From NCBI GenBank assembly GCA_965112735.1, contig OZ218964.1:2108001-2172000 (forward strand): 64,000 nt of DNA, read 5' to 3'. Positions 1-12,711 of this stretch are shown in pieces. Source of the stretch: Phaeosaccion multiseriatum (taxonomy: Eukaryota > Protista > Ochrophyta, other classes). Each line of letters opens with the position of its first letter. Positions within the stretch are counted from its first letter, which is position 1. The position numbers and the translations under genes are program-made. The notes beneath the pieces were generated by a model that had not been told where the DNA came from, did no database searches, and saw only the letters and a program-made list of their open reading frames with translations.

Positions 1-52
1 TGCGTGGGTGGGTGGACAGCATGGAGCAGCAACGGGACAAAGGTGAGCCACC

Positions 53-134
53 TGAGAGGCCCAAAGAGAGGCCCAAAGAGAGGCCCAAAGAGAGGCCCAA
101 AGAGAGGCCCAAAGAGAGGCCCAAAGAGAGGCCC
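53..134. repeat. 12-bp tandem repeat (AAAGAGAGGCCC) x~6.5, probably intronic
   Basis: Directly visible; explains the RGPK/ERPK pseudo-ORFs. Confidence 0.9.
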
Positions 135-246
135 GATGAGCCCCCTCTCCTGCCCTGGTCCGAAGGCAGCCCCACCCCTCCACTGCGTCCCTCACCATGG
201 CCCAACTGACCCATCTGATGACCCACTGAGCCGACCCCTCACTCAC

Positions 247-1025
247 GTGTACACGAGGTTCTCCATGGAGGGTCCGAACACGTCCTTGATGCCGTGCGCA
301 GGCAGGCCGACGGGCAGCACCGCGTTCAGGGCCACGGGCGATCCCTTTATACAGTCGATGCGGATGAATCTGATGGGTTCGGTTAGTGCAAAGGGCGCCA
401 GCCATGCCAAGTCACGTACGTGTCAGCAAGCCTTTCAGTGCCCACTCCCCACCCCCCTCATTGGAGGTGGATGACAACCCCTACCAAAGGACTCAAGCCT
501 ACACACACACGTACCTGCATGGGAGGTGCCCAATGCAGATATCCTTGGCCGCTCCGTGCGGCAGCCGCAGGCCCCTCTTGGCCATCACAAAGTCCCTCTT
601 GCTCGTGCCCTTGATACTGATGGACACGTTCACTTCGCTGCAGCTCTGTTGGGGCAAGAGAGGAAGCAGAAGCACGCTCTGCTCAGTAAATGGCACGCCT
701 GTTGCTTCTCTCTGCCTGGTTCTTCTCACCTTATTATATACTCTGAGGAAGGAGAGGAGCGCCTTTTCCTTCAACTTGAGCAGTACCCAAGAGTCCCCGC
801 TGCCCCCCATCCAGTGAGAACTCGTCCCCCACACGCTCAGATTGGCCGCTGCGCACCCTGGGCAGCTGTAGCTCGCTGTATGTATCCGCCAAGGACAAGG
901 AGAGCACAATCAAGGTTACTACGTCGATGGGCTGAGCAGACTCTCTGCCAAGTAGTCCACCGATAAGACATCTTCCATCGACTGAGCCACGCACCTTGCA
1001 AAACCTCAAAGGGTAGCTTCTCCAT
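247..1025 (-). CDS. 5' part of a spliced gene of unknown function that runs off the window start; N-terminal beta-rich, possibly galactose-binding/DOC-like domain
   Basis: Phase-consistent GT-AG exons 1025-995, 875-730, 645-515 and 369-247 give MEKLPFEVLQASYSCPGCAAANL...WVLLKLKEKALLSFLRVYNKSCSEVNVSI...HLPCRFIRIDCIKGSPVALNAV. The fold call is recalled similarity only. Confidence 0.65.
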
Positions 1026-1312
1026 GTCTCCGCTGGGATTGGGCGTCCCCGTGCTACTTGTGCAGCCATTACTCTCTGCGGCAGCCCTTCTCCTTCTCGT
1101 GCCCTTCCCTGCTGCCGTTGGCTGTTTTCCTGCGGTTCGTGCTGCTGCCCCTGCTGCTGCTACTACTGCTGCTGCTGCTACTGCTGCTGTTGCTGCTGCT
1201 GATCCTGCCACCGAAGCCGATCCGGATCCTTCCAGTCTCCCTTCCTCCTCTCCCGGGGAGGTCTTGGCTCTCATCGCAACCCCTCTCCCTCGAGGAGGTG
1301 ATCTGTCGGCGA

Positions 1313-4300
1313 ATGAAGCCATGGGCCAGAGGGACCTTCAAGACATTCGCGCCCCTGGACCAGCAGAGGGTCCTCCAAGGTCTTTGCACCCCGTTCGGCG
1401 CACCCCGTTCGGCTCGCCCCGTTCGGCTGCTCTCTACACAAACATACGGGATGGACAGATTTTTTTTCGCCGACACCAGGTACCAAAAAACGAAACTGTG
1501 AAAACGGGAGTGCTCCCTTGCAATCACAGGGATGGTATCGAGAGAGAAATGGCAATCCATCAGCAGAAGCAAGCTCAGGCACCTCTTCACGGGAGGATTA
1601 GAGCCCGTGTGATCCCGCGCGGCTGGGTGAAGGAGGAATGGGGGCCGTCCATGACCAGCTGGGACGCTCCGAAGAGGAAGGGTGAGGGACTGGGTCACAG
1701 AGGGACGAGCCCTCGACGAATCACATTGTCTGACATACTCTCTCCTCTACCCTCCTTCTGCAGTAAAAGCTCGCCCGACGAGCGCTCCGCCAGCGAGGTC
1801 CCCCTCTCGACGCAGGAACAGGGATTGGGCTTACGACACGTATTCGGGCAGGCGGGTGCCCAAGCACCAGAAGGACCCGTTGGTAAGATCAGGGGCGGCT
1901 CAGTCTCGTCTCTATGACACAACACCTCTACTGTACTGACGCTGACTGACTGCACGCAGGCCACGTCGCGCCACCCTCGCCTGCAAAAGCTGCTGGGAGG
2001 CAACAGCATGGGCGGGGCGTACACAGAGAGGGCGCCCTTCGTGGACAAGACTTATTGCCCTAGCTTTGACCCCAATGACACATGGGGCAAAGGGCGGGCG
2101 CATATACCCTCCTTCGGAAGGCCCAAGGAGCTCCCTCCCAGACAGCCGCCGACAGGGCCCACCAGGCCACAGGTATGTATGGGAGAGGGAGATGAAAGAA
2201 GTACGCTACGCTACGCTACGCTACGCTACGCTACGCTACGCTCCTCCACGCTAACCTCCATTTCCCGCCCTGTCTCTCCGCATATGTCCATGCCACGGCA
2301 GCTTCCCGCTCGTATGGCGCATAGCGTCAATCGTTTCCACACTCACGTACAGAATGCGCGAGTGCTCGACGGAATGGCACCGCTTGCCAACTTGCCCGCC
2401 CCCGAGGTGCAGCCCGGCAGCCAGGGGCAAGGACAAGGGCAGGGGAGTGGAGGGGGCGGAGGAGAAGACGGGGCAGCAGGGAGGGGCGGAAAAGAATGGG
2501 GGCAGCGCACAGTGGCGCAAATGACTTGGCCAGAGTACCGCAACTTGTCGCCGCCCAAGGGAGGCAAAGGGCGGGGCGGTGGTGGCGGAGATGTCATCAT
2601 CACCATCGAGCACTGCCACTCCTGCCAGCGGCATCAGATGACGACGAAGCATGTCGAGGGAAAGTACCTGGACCAGGCCAGTGAGGCCCGGGAGGTGCTC
2701 CTCAGCGCCCTCCAAGGGTTTCCCATTCGCCTTGCCGTGCTGCTAAAAAAGGCCGACGTGTGCGCGGCTCCGTCTGTGGGAGGCGGCGGGCAGGCGGGGC
2801 GGAAGCGGGCGAGGGCCGTTGATCCAGAGGGCAAGCGAGTGGGCGCCTTCGAGGTGCAGTTGGCCAGGCGGAGGGGCGGCGTGGGGCAGGTGGATGCGTA
2901 CCTACTTGTGAGCAAGCTGAGCTCCGGGCATTGGCCGAAGTTAGGTTCGCTTGGGAAAAGGTGCGTAGGCCGTGGAGGTGGGGCGTGATGCGTAGCATTC
3001 AAGTTCAGACGAGGGACCCTCGAGAGAGCGGTCTGTCTGTGTGCCTGTGTGTGGGAGAGTGCATGAGGCCCCCCTCCCCCTGCCCAGGGCTGTCCCACCC
3101 ACTACCAGCGTGGCTCAATGCACGCCTACTCCTGCCTGTGCTGCTCGTTGATGAAACACACAGAGTCCAAGACTGCCTCTCTCGCTTGGGGTTGTCGTCC
3201 TACCCCTCGGGGAACCGTCCGTGGGAGGAGGAAGGAGGGTCCGAGCCAGCCTCGGCATCGCTGTACGACAGCTCCACAGACATGCAGTGGGACTTTGACC
3301 ACAGACCTGCCGCGGCAAGTGCTGCCCAGACAGGTAGGCACCTCCTGCCGCTTCCCTTCGGCACCCTCCTCTTTGCTCACTGCGCACCGTCCTCTTGACT
3401 AGTCTTGACGAGTCGCTCTCGTCTTCCTTCCTAAGTCCACGCTCTTGCTTGATTCAAACGCCTCCTTACTCACCCGAAAGCTCCTACTTTGCTTTGCTTT
3501 GCGTTGCTTTCTGCATTCTGCTCCGGTCTTTTGCCCCTTCCTCTGTCGCCCTGACCCCCTTGCCCCCCCCAAGATCGCAATGAGGCGGGAGGCAATGAGG
3601 CCAGCGGGTCCCCGAGGGGGGGAAATAGTGCGTCCCCAGAGGAAGAGGAGGCCTTAGCCACGGCGCGGCAGGAGGACGAGCTGCGAGAGTGGCTGTTCCG
3701 CCAGAACGCATCGCTGGCGAGGTACACAGGTGCGTGGGGCGGCACGGCGAGTAGAAGGGCGCCTCACGCACGCACGCACCCACGCTCGAGGCCGTGCGCC
3801 TCCATTGCACATGCATGTACTTGCAACAGCCATCCCGTCGCTCACGCCCACCTCCTCCCTCCCCGCCCCCTTCGTCCCCGCTGGACAGATACGCTCCGTG
3901 AAGAAGGCTTCGACAGCCTATCTGCGCTGTCGCTGCTTACCCTCGAGGACATTCAAGTGCTACCGGGCATGAAGAGGGGGCACGCCAAGCTACTTATGGC
4001 CGCGGTCAGGCAGAGGAAAGACGAGGCGGGCAGCGGCGATGGCAACAAGGGCAATAGCAGTGGCGGTAGCAGCTCCAGGAGCAGCAATAGCAGCAGCCCC
4101 GGCAGGGAGGAAGGGGCTGCACTCAGCGGGGAGGGAGGAGGGGGAGGAGGCGTAGAGAGGGAATCGACCTCACCACCGCGGGCACCTTCAGTAGCAGCGA
4201 GTGAGGAGGGGGAGGAGGAGGATAAGAAGGAAGAGGAGAAGGGGAGGGAGGAAGAGCATGAGCAGCCGGAAGGAGACAGCGGCTCGTGTGAAGGCGAGGC

Positions 4301-6038
4301 GGGACGGCGAGTGGACGGAGAGGAAGACAAGCAGGGAGAAGGGGACGACGAGGATGATGACTCCCTAATGATGGCAGAGGGACTCGGCGACGAAGACAGT
4401 GTCAATGAGTATGTCAATGATGAGTATGCCATTGACCACGACAGTGCCGTAAGTGAGGGCGCTTCTGCCTCAGTGGATGACTCAGCAGAAGGAGGAGGAG
4501 ACAGCGACCGAGACGCGGAGGCAAAGGCGGAGAACAACGCTCCCTTTGGGGAGGAGGAGCATCAGAGGGACGAGGATACAAGTGTAGGGGAAGAGCCCCC
4601 AGAATTCGACTCCGAAGGGCAGGCACTCATTCCCCCTCCCCTCCAGGCCGCTCCTGCTGCCGATGTCGGCGATGACGATGCTGCCGGCGATGGCCTGGGG
4701 AGGGACGAAGGGGCGCCTTCGACTGTGAACATGGACTACACGCCCACACCCGTGCCCACACCTCTGCTAGGGGCTGACACCAGGCTGCGGCACAACGCCT
4801 CGGGCTTCCTCAAGGACGACTCGCAGGCGGAGGGGAGGGAAGGAAGGAGGAGGAGCAGCAGCACGGGCAAGTTGGATGGGGAGGAGTGCGTCGAGTACGA
4901 CGAGCAGGGGGTGGAGGACGGGGAGGACGGTCACAATGGGGAGGAGGCAGAGGAAGTTGATGAGGTCGATGAGGGCGAAGAGGGCGAAGAGGGCGAAGAG
5001 AGCGAGGAGGGCAAGGAGGCAGGGGAAGTTGAGGAGGGCGGGGTAGAGGACGAGTACGGGCTTGACTTTGATGGGAGCGAGGCGGAGGACGATGGCTATG
5101 GCACTGAGCATGTGAGTGAAGCTCCCTTGATGGAGCAGCAAAGTGTAAGGGAAGACCACGTGCCGGAGCTAGACGAGCTGCAGGGCTATCCAGATGATGA
5201 AGATGACCACACGACCACAGACGGCCAAGGCGAGACCACCAGCGGAAGAGAAGAGCACCACCAGCAGCAGCAGCAGCAGCAGGAGCCAGGTGACGACGGC
5301 GATGGTGCTGGTGAATCTGCGAGTGGCAACGCGAGCGAAGACGCCGACTACGATCTCGATTTCGACGAGGATGATGCCGAGGACGACGAAGAGGACTTTG
5401 GAGCTGAGGCCATTGCTGAGGCCAGGGCCAATGGCACCATGAAGAGCTTCGACGTGGGCAGTACCCCAGGGGGGGGCTTCGGGGGGGTTGGGGACGAAGA
5501 GGCTCTCCAGCAGCAGCAGCAGCAGCAGCAGCCGCCGCCCCGCCTTACGCCTCGCTCGTACTCCACGGGGGGCGGGAGTGGGGCAGGCATGGTGAGCCCC
5601 ATTGGAGAGCAGGCAGAGGAGGCAGACGAGGCAGACGGCTACGCTGACGACTTTGCTGACGAAGGATCCGGGGGGGGGGCAAGCCTACCGGGGGCAGAGG
5701 GAGAGGGAGAGAGTCACTCCAACTCCAACGCCGATGCGTACGACGATGACTTCGACGACGATGGACAGGGGGAGGAGGGGGAGGGCCACAGCGGCAAGCA
5801 CGACAAGCTGCAGAACAAGCTTCACGACCCCTTCGCGCAGGCCCAAGGCGGCCGAGAGGAGTACAGGCCCACCCCTTCCGGCGCTTCAGGCAGCGGCCCC
5901 GCAGGCGGGCGGGGCGCCAGGCCGGGCTCAGGGTCTGGGAGGGCCAACCGCCCCGGCTCCGCCTCCTCTGTGCGGCCAGGCTCCGCGTCGGGATCAGGGA
6001 GCCAGAAGAGGCGGTCGCAGCAGCAGCAGCAGCAATAG
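1313..6038 (+). CDS. Multi-exon protein with an Rdx-family (SelT/SelW/SelH-like) CxxC domain, a SAM domain and a ~680-aa acidic disordered tail
   Basis: Phase-consistent exons from ATG 1313. Rdx motifs: ITIEHCHSC, RVGAFEVQL, LVSKLSSGHWP. SAM: LREWLFRQNASLARYT|DTLREEGFDSLSALSLLTLEDIQVLPGMKRGHAKLL. The last exon runs ~3890-6038. Confidence 0.75.
2202..2241. repeat. (ACGCT)n pentanucleotide microsatellite in an intron
   Basis: Directly visible. Confidence 0.9.
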
Positions 6039-6454
6039 TGACATTGGGAGCTCCATGACGAGGGCTGCGAGCGTGAATACAAGCAGAGACACATGGACAG
6101 ACAGCTACGGCTGCTGCGACACACGAGCTTCCTTGACAGCTGTAGCTGCTGTGACACATGAGCTTCCTTCCTGTATCCGTACAACATGAACAGTTGTCCT
6201 TCTTGACAGCGCACACTCCTCAGCCGAAGAGCCCACAGGGGGGCAGTGGACCAGCCAGGCCGCGCACAAACAAACAAAGGAGGAGAGCAGGCTCCACGCC
6301 CGCGAGTCGGTGGTGTTAACCAAAGTTTATTATTTTTTTTTTCCTGCCTTCCCAGTGCTTCGTGAGGGCCCCTCGCTCCTCTGCTGTGCCAGGCTCTGCC
6401 GTGCTGTTGCTATATCACAAACCGCTGCCAAATCTCAAGTGCTGCTGCTGCTAC

Positions 6455-7662
6455 TTAGATCTTGGAGGGGTAGAGCATGACTCTGCATGGGGCGCCGATG
6501 GACTGCGGCGGCAGATCTGAGCGGAACTTTGCCCTCACCACGCCGTTGCTCCCATGTGCCCGGCACACTCGCCCCCACGTCACGCGGAACTGTGAGCACA
6601 CATGCCGACAAGAGAGGCAGAAGGGCAAGGTAGGGGAAGAGACTGAGTTAGCGTCAAGCATGAGGGGAAAGGAAAGGAGGGTCACGTCATCCCTGCCGCG
6701 AGCCGCCATCCGCGATCCACCCTGCCCCCTGCCAACCAACTGCACCTTGACGCACGCACCTTGGTTCCGTTCTTGATCGTCTTGGCCTTGTAGATGTAGG
6801 CCAGTCGCTTGCCCAGGTAGAACTCAGTCGCGTCCTTGTCCTCAACACCCTGCACAGCGCACGAGCGAGGTGAGGGGAGGGGCACACACACACACACAGA
6901 GAGAGAGGATCAGGACGGGCCTCCACATCGTTGGCCACAGGCACAGGCACAGGCAGGCCTTCCTTCTCAAGCTGTGGTCCCCTCTGCTCGCAGCTTTAAT
7001 GCATAACCCGCCCTTCTATCAGCTTGTAAGCCGCAAGTGTCCCAACACACACGCACACACACACTTGCGCCAGTGCCAGTCCCGATCCAGGAGGCTGCCT
7101 ACGACCACGACCAGCAGCCAGAGGGTGGAAGTAGCGTCCCTGTGCTCTGCTGTGCTCTGCCGGCCCCTCACCTGGATCTTTACCAGCGATGTGTGGTTGT
7201 ACTGGTTGCGCTGTCCTCGCTTGTACCCCAGAATCACACCGCGGACGTAGAGCCGCACGGGCTGACGGAGGGAGAGAGACAAAGAGACGCGGGGGGGCAG
7301 AGGAGAGGGCGCACAGTGAGAAACGATAAGACAGGAAAAAAAAGAAACAACTGGCGATCCGTGGGAACGCTCCTCGCAGAGTACGATCGTCTGTAAGGTA
7401 GGCTCTGGTAAGGGAGGCCCACATTGAACAGAGGAAAGGAGGCTCACACATTGAACAGAGGATAGGAGGCTCACACAGCGCGCGGGCTGCTTGACAAGGC
7501 TCCATGCTGTGAGGCTTTCGACAGATGCAATCCAACCACAGGCATCCATGCCCCTCTCATCTCGGCCCGCCCAGCCAAGCCCGCCCAGCCAAGCAGTGGA
7601 CAGCCCCCCCTATGCAGGACAAGGCCCTGTTGACTCACCTGACCCGGTTTTGCCTCGGACAT
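6455..7662 (-). CDS. RPL35A: 60S ribosomal protein L35a (eL33), 4 exons
   Basis: MSEAKPGQ|[30 protein letters not shown]|[23 protein letters not shown]...|[44 protein letters not shown], the classic eL33 sequence. Confidence 0.97.
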
Positions 7663-7722
7663 ATCTGGCGAGCAGAGCACCGCATATCACAATCGCGAAG
7701 GAGGAGCACCACCACCGAGAAT

Positions 7723-8540
7723 TCAGAGGAACGAAGGGAGGGGGGGGCAGGACGGAGGGGGTGGGACAGGATCAGGACTGGGGAGCGAGCACGCCTCGCT
7801 CGACGAGTGAAGTGCAGAGAAGAGAGGAAAGAGTCGCACAGGCCCTCCAGACGGCACGCACGCAGTCCGCTGACGGTGGGGGGAAAGCCGTGAGAGGCGA
7901 ATTCTGTAACCATTGGCCACGTTGATGGGCAGATGCACATCTCCGTACGGTGCGCTGGCCCATTCACGGCGCTGCACCACACACACACGCGCGCTTGCTT
8001 CCCGCTCAAGTGCTGCCCGAGGTCTGACCGCGCGCAGAGGACGAAGCGCCCTTTGAGCTTCGATTGATCGACTCATCACCGCGGGATGAAATGAAGCCTT
8101 GGTCGTGGGCCGAACACGCGGCAGCCTCGACGTAAGAAATGGCCGCGACCGGCTGCTGAAGGCTGATGAGCGCACCAAAGACTCGTGGGCCGCAAGATCG
8201 AAAGAAAAATCGCTTGTCCAGCTGGGGCATCTCATGTCACGCTCCTCATACAGATAGGGATGACCCATCCAGCGGTCGGTGGCGCCATCCATATACGGCA
8301 TAACCTCAACCTCTCTGGCACCTCTGGAGCCTTTGGAGCTGCCATCAAAACTAGTCAATGCCAGCAATGATTTGACGGAATGCTGGCACTGCTCGTACCA
8401 CAGCTGCCGGGGCTTGACCAGAGCAAGACGCTGAATAACCACCGCCAGTCTCCCGCAACAAAGACACGCAAACGTGCGTTCTATAGCGACTCTCTTCTCT
8501 CTGCCGCAGCTGCTCCATCAGCAAGTGTCCAATCCCTTCT
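7723..8540 (-). CDS. Hypothetical spliced protein; 5' end unresolved
   Basis: Exon-like GHLLMEQLRQREESRYRTH|gt joins in phase to ag|RLALVKPRQLWYEQ...HPYLYEERDMRCPSWTSDF. No family recognised. Confidence 0.3.
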
Positions 8541-9367
8541 GTGACCCTTCTCACACCCACTCCTTCCCTGCCCGCTTAGCCTCCCTGTTGATGGAGGGTG
8601 AAGGAGAGACCCTTCTCAACCCTTCCATTCCTCCCACCTCCGTGCCTGCCCTCGCGCCATGCGGGATGGACGAGATGAAAGCCGCCTCTCTCCCCCCACC
8701 CTTGCATGCCCACCCACTCCGTGCTCCCCTGGTGCATCAAATAATAGTAAGAAGGGCCCAGCCCTCTCGAACGAACCTCTCCGGCCCTCTCGAGTCCTCC
8801 ATGTCACCAAGGGCCCTGTTCCAAAGACCTGTCCTCCCACGAAGTTCCTCGTTCTCCCTCTCCAGAGGGTGGACGATACGGTGGACAACAGAGGCGCCGT
8901 ACCCTCCCCAGTGCCCTCTCAGTCGCCGCAACTCCATCGCGAGCCCCTTGCACCGCCCCCCGTCAAGGGAAACGCCTTCACATCCCTCACGTACCTGTTG
9001 CTCTACGCGGCCTGGGAAGGTCCTACTACGGCTGGAAATTGAGGGTGCTCAGCCTGCCACAATCGCGGCCCCCGGGGGGTTCTGTGCTAAGCCAATGAAA
9101 TCATCTTGTGGGTGTATGGGCCGCTGCCGTTTCATTTGAGTGGAAGTTTCGTGGCCACCAGAGCCGTTGCTTGGGCGAAACGGCCTCTCCACACTGGTAA
9201 CCTCTTGTGAAACTGGTACAGGAGCTGAGAAGACATTGCTTGAAGAGGGGAGAGCACTGTAGTAAGGGCATTACCACCACCGACCTGGAGCAGCAGTAGC
9301 ACCAGCAGCAGCAGGAGCAGCAGCAGCAGCAGGAGGCGGAGTAGCAGCAGCAGAAAGCAGCAACATC

Positions 9368-10633
9368 ATGGTGTTTTCACGGAACGTGGCCGCGGCCTTG
9401 GCCGTCGCCGTGGTGGGGCTTGCCAGGGAGGCGATGGCAGGCTGCTGCCCCAACGCTTGCAGCGGACACGGCACTTGCACTGTGGACGATGTGTGCGTTT
9501 GCTACGAGAACTGGCAGGGCGGAGAGCAGTCAGGGTTGTCGGGAGACTGCGGTATGCGCTCTTGCCCGTACGAGGTGGCTTGGACGGACACTCCCGACAA
9601 GAACGGTATGTTCCACAACTACGCGGAGTGCGCAAACAAGGGCACTTGCGACCGCAGCACGGGGGAGTGCCAGTGCTTTGAGGGATACGGGGGCAAGGCC
9701 TGCCAGCGCATGACTTGTCCCTCTGACTGCTCTGGCCACGGCCGCTGCGTGTACGCCTCGGACTCTGGTTACGGAGTGAACCTGGCCTCCTACTACCACG
9801 CGGCCACAATTGCTCTCAATGACACGGATGTGTCCTACAGCTACCTCGGCGACACCAACGGAAACGACATGGTCACTTGGGACTACAGCAACTGGGACAA
9901 TGAGATGGCCCGTGTGTGCGAGTGTGATGCCGGGTACCAGGGAGTGGACTGTTCGTACCGCTCCTGCCCCCAGGGCAATGACGTGATGAACGAGAGGCTC
10001 AACCGCGCCGTGGCCGTCAAGTACCAGGTTCAGGAGATTTGCTTGTTCGCGGGTACGGAGGAGAACCAATACATGGCCGTGGGCTCCGCCTCCGACCTGG
10101 TGGGCAGCACCTTTGCCCTCACCTTCTACTCGCAGCTGGGCGAGAAGTTCACCACTGTACCCATCATGGTCGACGGCACCTCGGGCACCACGCGCACCTA
10201 CATCGAGGACGCCCTCGAGTCCCTGCCCAATGCCGTCATCGACGACGTGGGCGTCGCCGTCGCCTACAACGCCGCAGGATCTCTGGGAGGCGAGGAGGAG
10301 CCCAAGAACTGCGACATCCGCGTCCGCGTCACCTTCTCCGGCACCCAGGTACAGGGCAACCAGAACATGCTGGAGGTGGAGTGGAGGCCCTGCTCCTCCG
10401 GCTGCACGCCCCTCGTCAGCGGTCTCAGCCTGGCCACCGTGCGCGGAGATGCCGTCGATAACGTGGAGAACAACGAGTGGGAGTCGCTGTCCTACATCTC
10501 GCAGTACACCTCGGCCGACTACGAGTCCTACGAGTGCGGCGGACGTGGAAAGTGCGACTACGCCTCCGGCCTGTGCGATTGCTTCACCGGCTACTACGGC
10601 CTCCACTGCCAGACACAGACCGCCCTGGTCTAA
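9368..10633 (+). CDS. Tubular mastigoneme protein (Ocm/SIG1-like secreted EGF-like Cys-rich protein), single exon
   Basis: Signal peptide; CPNACSGHGTC; AECANKGTCDRSTGECQCFEGYGGKACQRMTCPSDCSGHGRC; C-terminal YECGGRGKCDYASGLCDCFTGYYG. Strong GC3 codon bias. Confidence 0.9.
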   Translation: MVFSRNVAAALAVAVVGLAREAMAGCCPNACSGHGTCTVDDVCVCYENWQGGEQSGLSGDCGMRSCPYEVAWTDTPDKNGMFHNYAECANKGTCDRSTGECQCFEGYGGKACQRMTCPSDCSGHGRCVYASDSGYGVNLASYYHAATIALNDTDVSYSYLGDTNGNDMVTWDYSNWDNEMARVCECDAGYQGVDCSYRSCPQGNDVMNERLNRAVAVKYQVQEICLFAGTEENQYMAVGSASDLVGSTFALTFYSQLGEKFTTVPIMVDGTSGTTRTYIEDALESLPNAVIDDVGVAVAYNAAGSLGGEEEPKNCDIRVRVTFSGTQVQGNQNMLEVEWRPCSSGCTPLVSGLSLATVRGDAVDNVENNEWESLSYISQYTSADYESYECGGRGKCDYASGLCDCFTGYYGLHCQTQTALV

Positions 10634-10753
10634 TCCACCTCGTCAGCCATCGCCGGAAAGGGAGTCCACTTTCATTCCCCATCACCGCCCCTTTCGCCTC
10701 TGATGCAGCACTTTGGGGAGCGGCCGTTTCACAATCCCCTTGACGGGCATTTG

Positions 10754-10790
<37 letters not shown>

Positions 10791-12087
10791 GCGGCAGGAG
10801 GAGGAGGAGGGGGAGAAGCAAGAGCAGCACGGAGGGCGATGCAAAGCAGCAGGAACAGGACATGGGTCACCTTTGGCAGTTCTTGTTGCGGAGCGCCCTA
10901 TTTTTGTGTCTCTTTTGTCCAGGCTTTTTGAGAGAGAGGTCTGGCTTAGCTCTTTTATCTGTGTGTGCCCATCCATCCTCTGTGAATGTGGATGGGTAGT
11001 AAGTAGGTTGCCTACCAAATGTGAATTGACTTGTAAGGGAAGCAGCTGCTGCGTCCGTCCGGGTCGCGGGGAGGCTACCGCTTGTGGTTGTAGCTTATAC
11101 ATACTCCCTTCGATCCCACTTATACTATATAAAGAAACATCGAAAAGCACGCACGTCTACCCTTTGTATGCCTCAACACGGTGAGAGGCATGAAGCATCA
11201 CTCTCTCCACCCCTCTACAGCAAGGCAAGACAAAACAACCCTTCGACTTGTCTGCATTCGGCCGAGGACCTTGCCCAGAGAGAACGAGGCCCTCCTCCCC
11301 CTCCAGGGCGGAAATAGCTCCAGGCTCTGGCTTAGTAAAGATATCACACACGAGTCTGTGAGGAGTAGACCGATACCGTCCATATACTTCGAAGTAGCTT
11401 TTATCACTCTTCCGTCTTTTATGTACGAATGTTCCAAAGAGAACGAGGCCGGCCAGTCCCTTCAAGGCCAAGATACAAGCGGGATGCATTGAGCCATGTC
11501 CTGATGCACGGGGCAGTGCTGCGCTTCGTGGCCCGTATCGGCTCCTGCCGGGCTGGAGGATGCAAGACATCCCTTGATGTACTGCGCTGTGCCGTGGTGT
11601 GCGAGAGCTGCTGTTGGGTAGCGCTGGTACCCACTCTCGCACCGGTTGTGTCTCGGGCCGCGTCTCTCATCGCCGGCCAGTGCCTCAGCGCGCAGCGTAC
11701 GCGACAGAGCTCTGCATACGAGTGCCACACACGCCCGCCCAGCCTGACTGCCTTCGATCGCTCCAATTGCTCCACTTGGGCTCTGTTGCAGATAAGAGGC
11801 GCTATGTTCCATGCCCTGGCACAACCGACGGTCGCAAGGCCACAGCCAGAGGCACCACGGAAGGTCCGAGCGACGTCCCTCCCCTTGCCCCTCCTCTCCC
11901 CAATCTTTTGCCATCCCTCACCAGGAATGATGTCTGATTTTCGACAGAGGCGAAGGCTCTGGCGGAACGAGCGAGGGGCAAGGCAGCATCAAGAGCCCAT
12001 CTCACCGCTCACCCGGACAGACAGAGTGTTAGCCGTGCAGATGAGTCCAGCTTCCGACTAATGGCTGCAAGATGCTCCTCTTCCTAT

Positions 12088-12711
12088 CTATGCACTCTTC
12101 GCTCCTCCTCCTGAGGGTGGTGCTGCTGCGGGGGATGCAGGGGAGGCACCCCCTTTTGTCACTGCCGCTGGAGCCTTGGCAACAGCAGAGCCTCCTGCCG
12201 TTGCCTCTTCCGTCGGCTTATGTAGGTAGGGAAGGCCCACGTAGGTGCCTTTGGGGACGTCCTCTAGCTCGGGCCGGTCGGAGGTTCTCATCCTCACATA
12301 GATGGTGGCCGTGAGTAAGACGGCTGCGGGAGAGGCAGAAGGAGCAGAGAGGGAGTGACGGAGCCGAGGAGCGAAAATGAGGAGGAGGCAGGACGGGAGG
12401 CGCAGGCGAATGCGCGGGTTGTGCAGCTGGTTGCCTGCACCGCAATGAAAGGTGAAGAAGATAGAAGGGAAGGAGGGCACCCCGCCACTGCTGGTCGCTC
12501 GGCCGTGATGGGAAATGATCCACACCGCAGCCTGCCCCTGTAGAGCGTGCCCCAAGAAAGTCATCATTATATTCTCCTCCACTCCCTCCCTCCAACACAC
12601 TCCCTCCCTCTTGCCCCTCCCCTCATCTTCCCACTCACTTGTTGATGCTCCCATCATCTTGATCCAGATGACGCGCGCCCGATCTGAAGGCCGCAACAAA
12701 GACATCATCAT
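12088..12711 (-). CDS. Small hypothetical spliced protein, possibly single-pass membrane
   Basis: Possible join of MMMSLLRPSDRARVIWIKMMGAST| to AVLLTATIYVRMRTSDRPELEDVPKGTYVGLPYLHKPTEE...*. The exon structure is tentative. Confidence 0.3.
   Translation of the reverse strand: MMMSLLRPSDRARVIWIKMMGASTSEWEDEGRGKREGVCWREGVEENIMMTFLGHALQGQAAVWIISHHGRATSSGGVPSFPSIFFTFHCGAGNQLHNPRIRLRLPSCLLLIFAPRLRHSLSAPSASPAAVLLTATIYVRMRTSDRPELEDVPKGTYVGLPYLHKPTEEATAGGSAVAKAPAAVTKGGASPASPAAAPPSGGGAKSA

Noticed and set aside
6039-6330. SECIS element for the Rdx-domain gene, or a selenium/redox gene cluster with SBP2, GST and nucleoredoxin
   Set aside because: The Rdx motif is CxxC with no in-frame TGA, the ATGA-to-AA spacing does not fit a SECIS, and the genes are dispersed among unrelated ones.
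8995-9137. Minus-strand ORF MKRQRP... with an in-frame TGA as possible selenocysteine
   Set aside because: No redox motif, no SECIS and no recognisable family; probably chance.
9530-10606. 358-aa antisense ORF
   Set aside because: Shadow of the GC3-biased mastigoneme gene.
11157-12061. Several overlapping ORFs
   Set aside because: No consistent splice model or recognisable motif.
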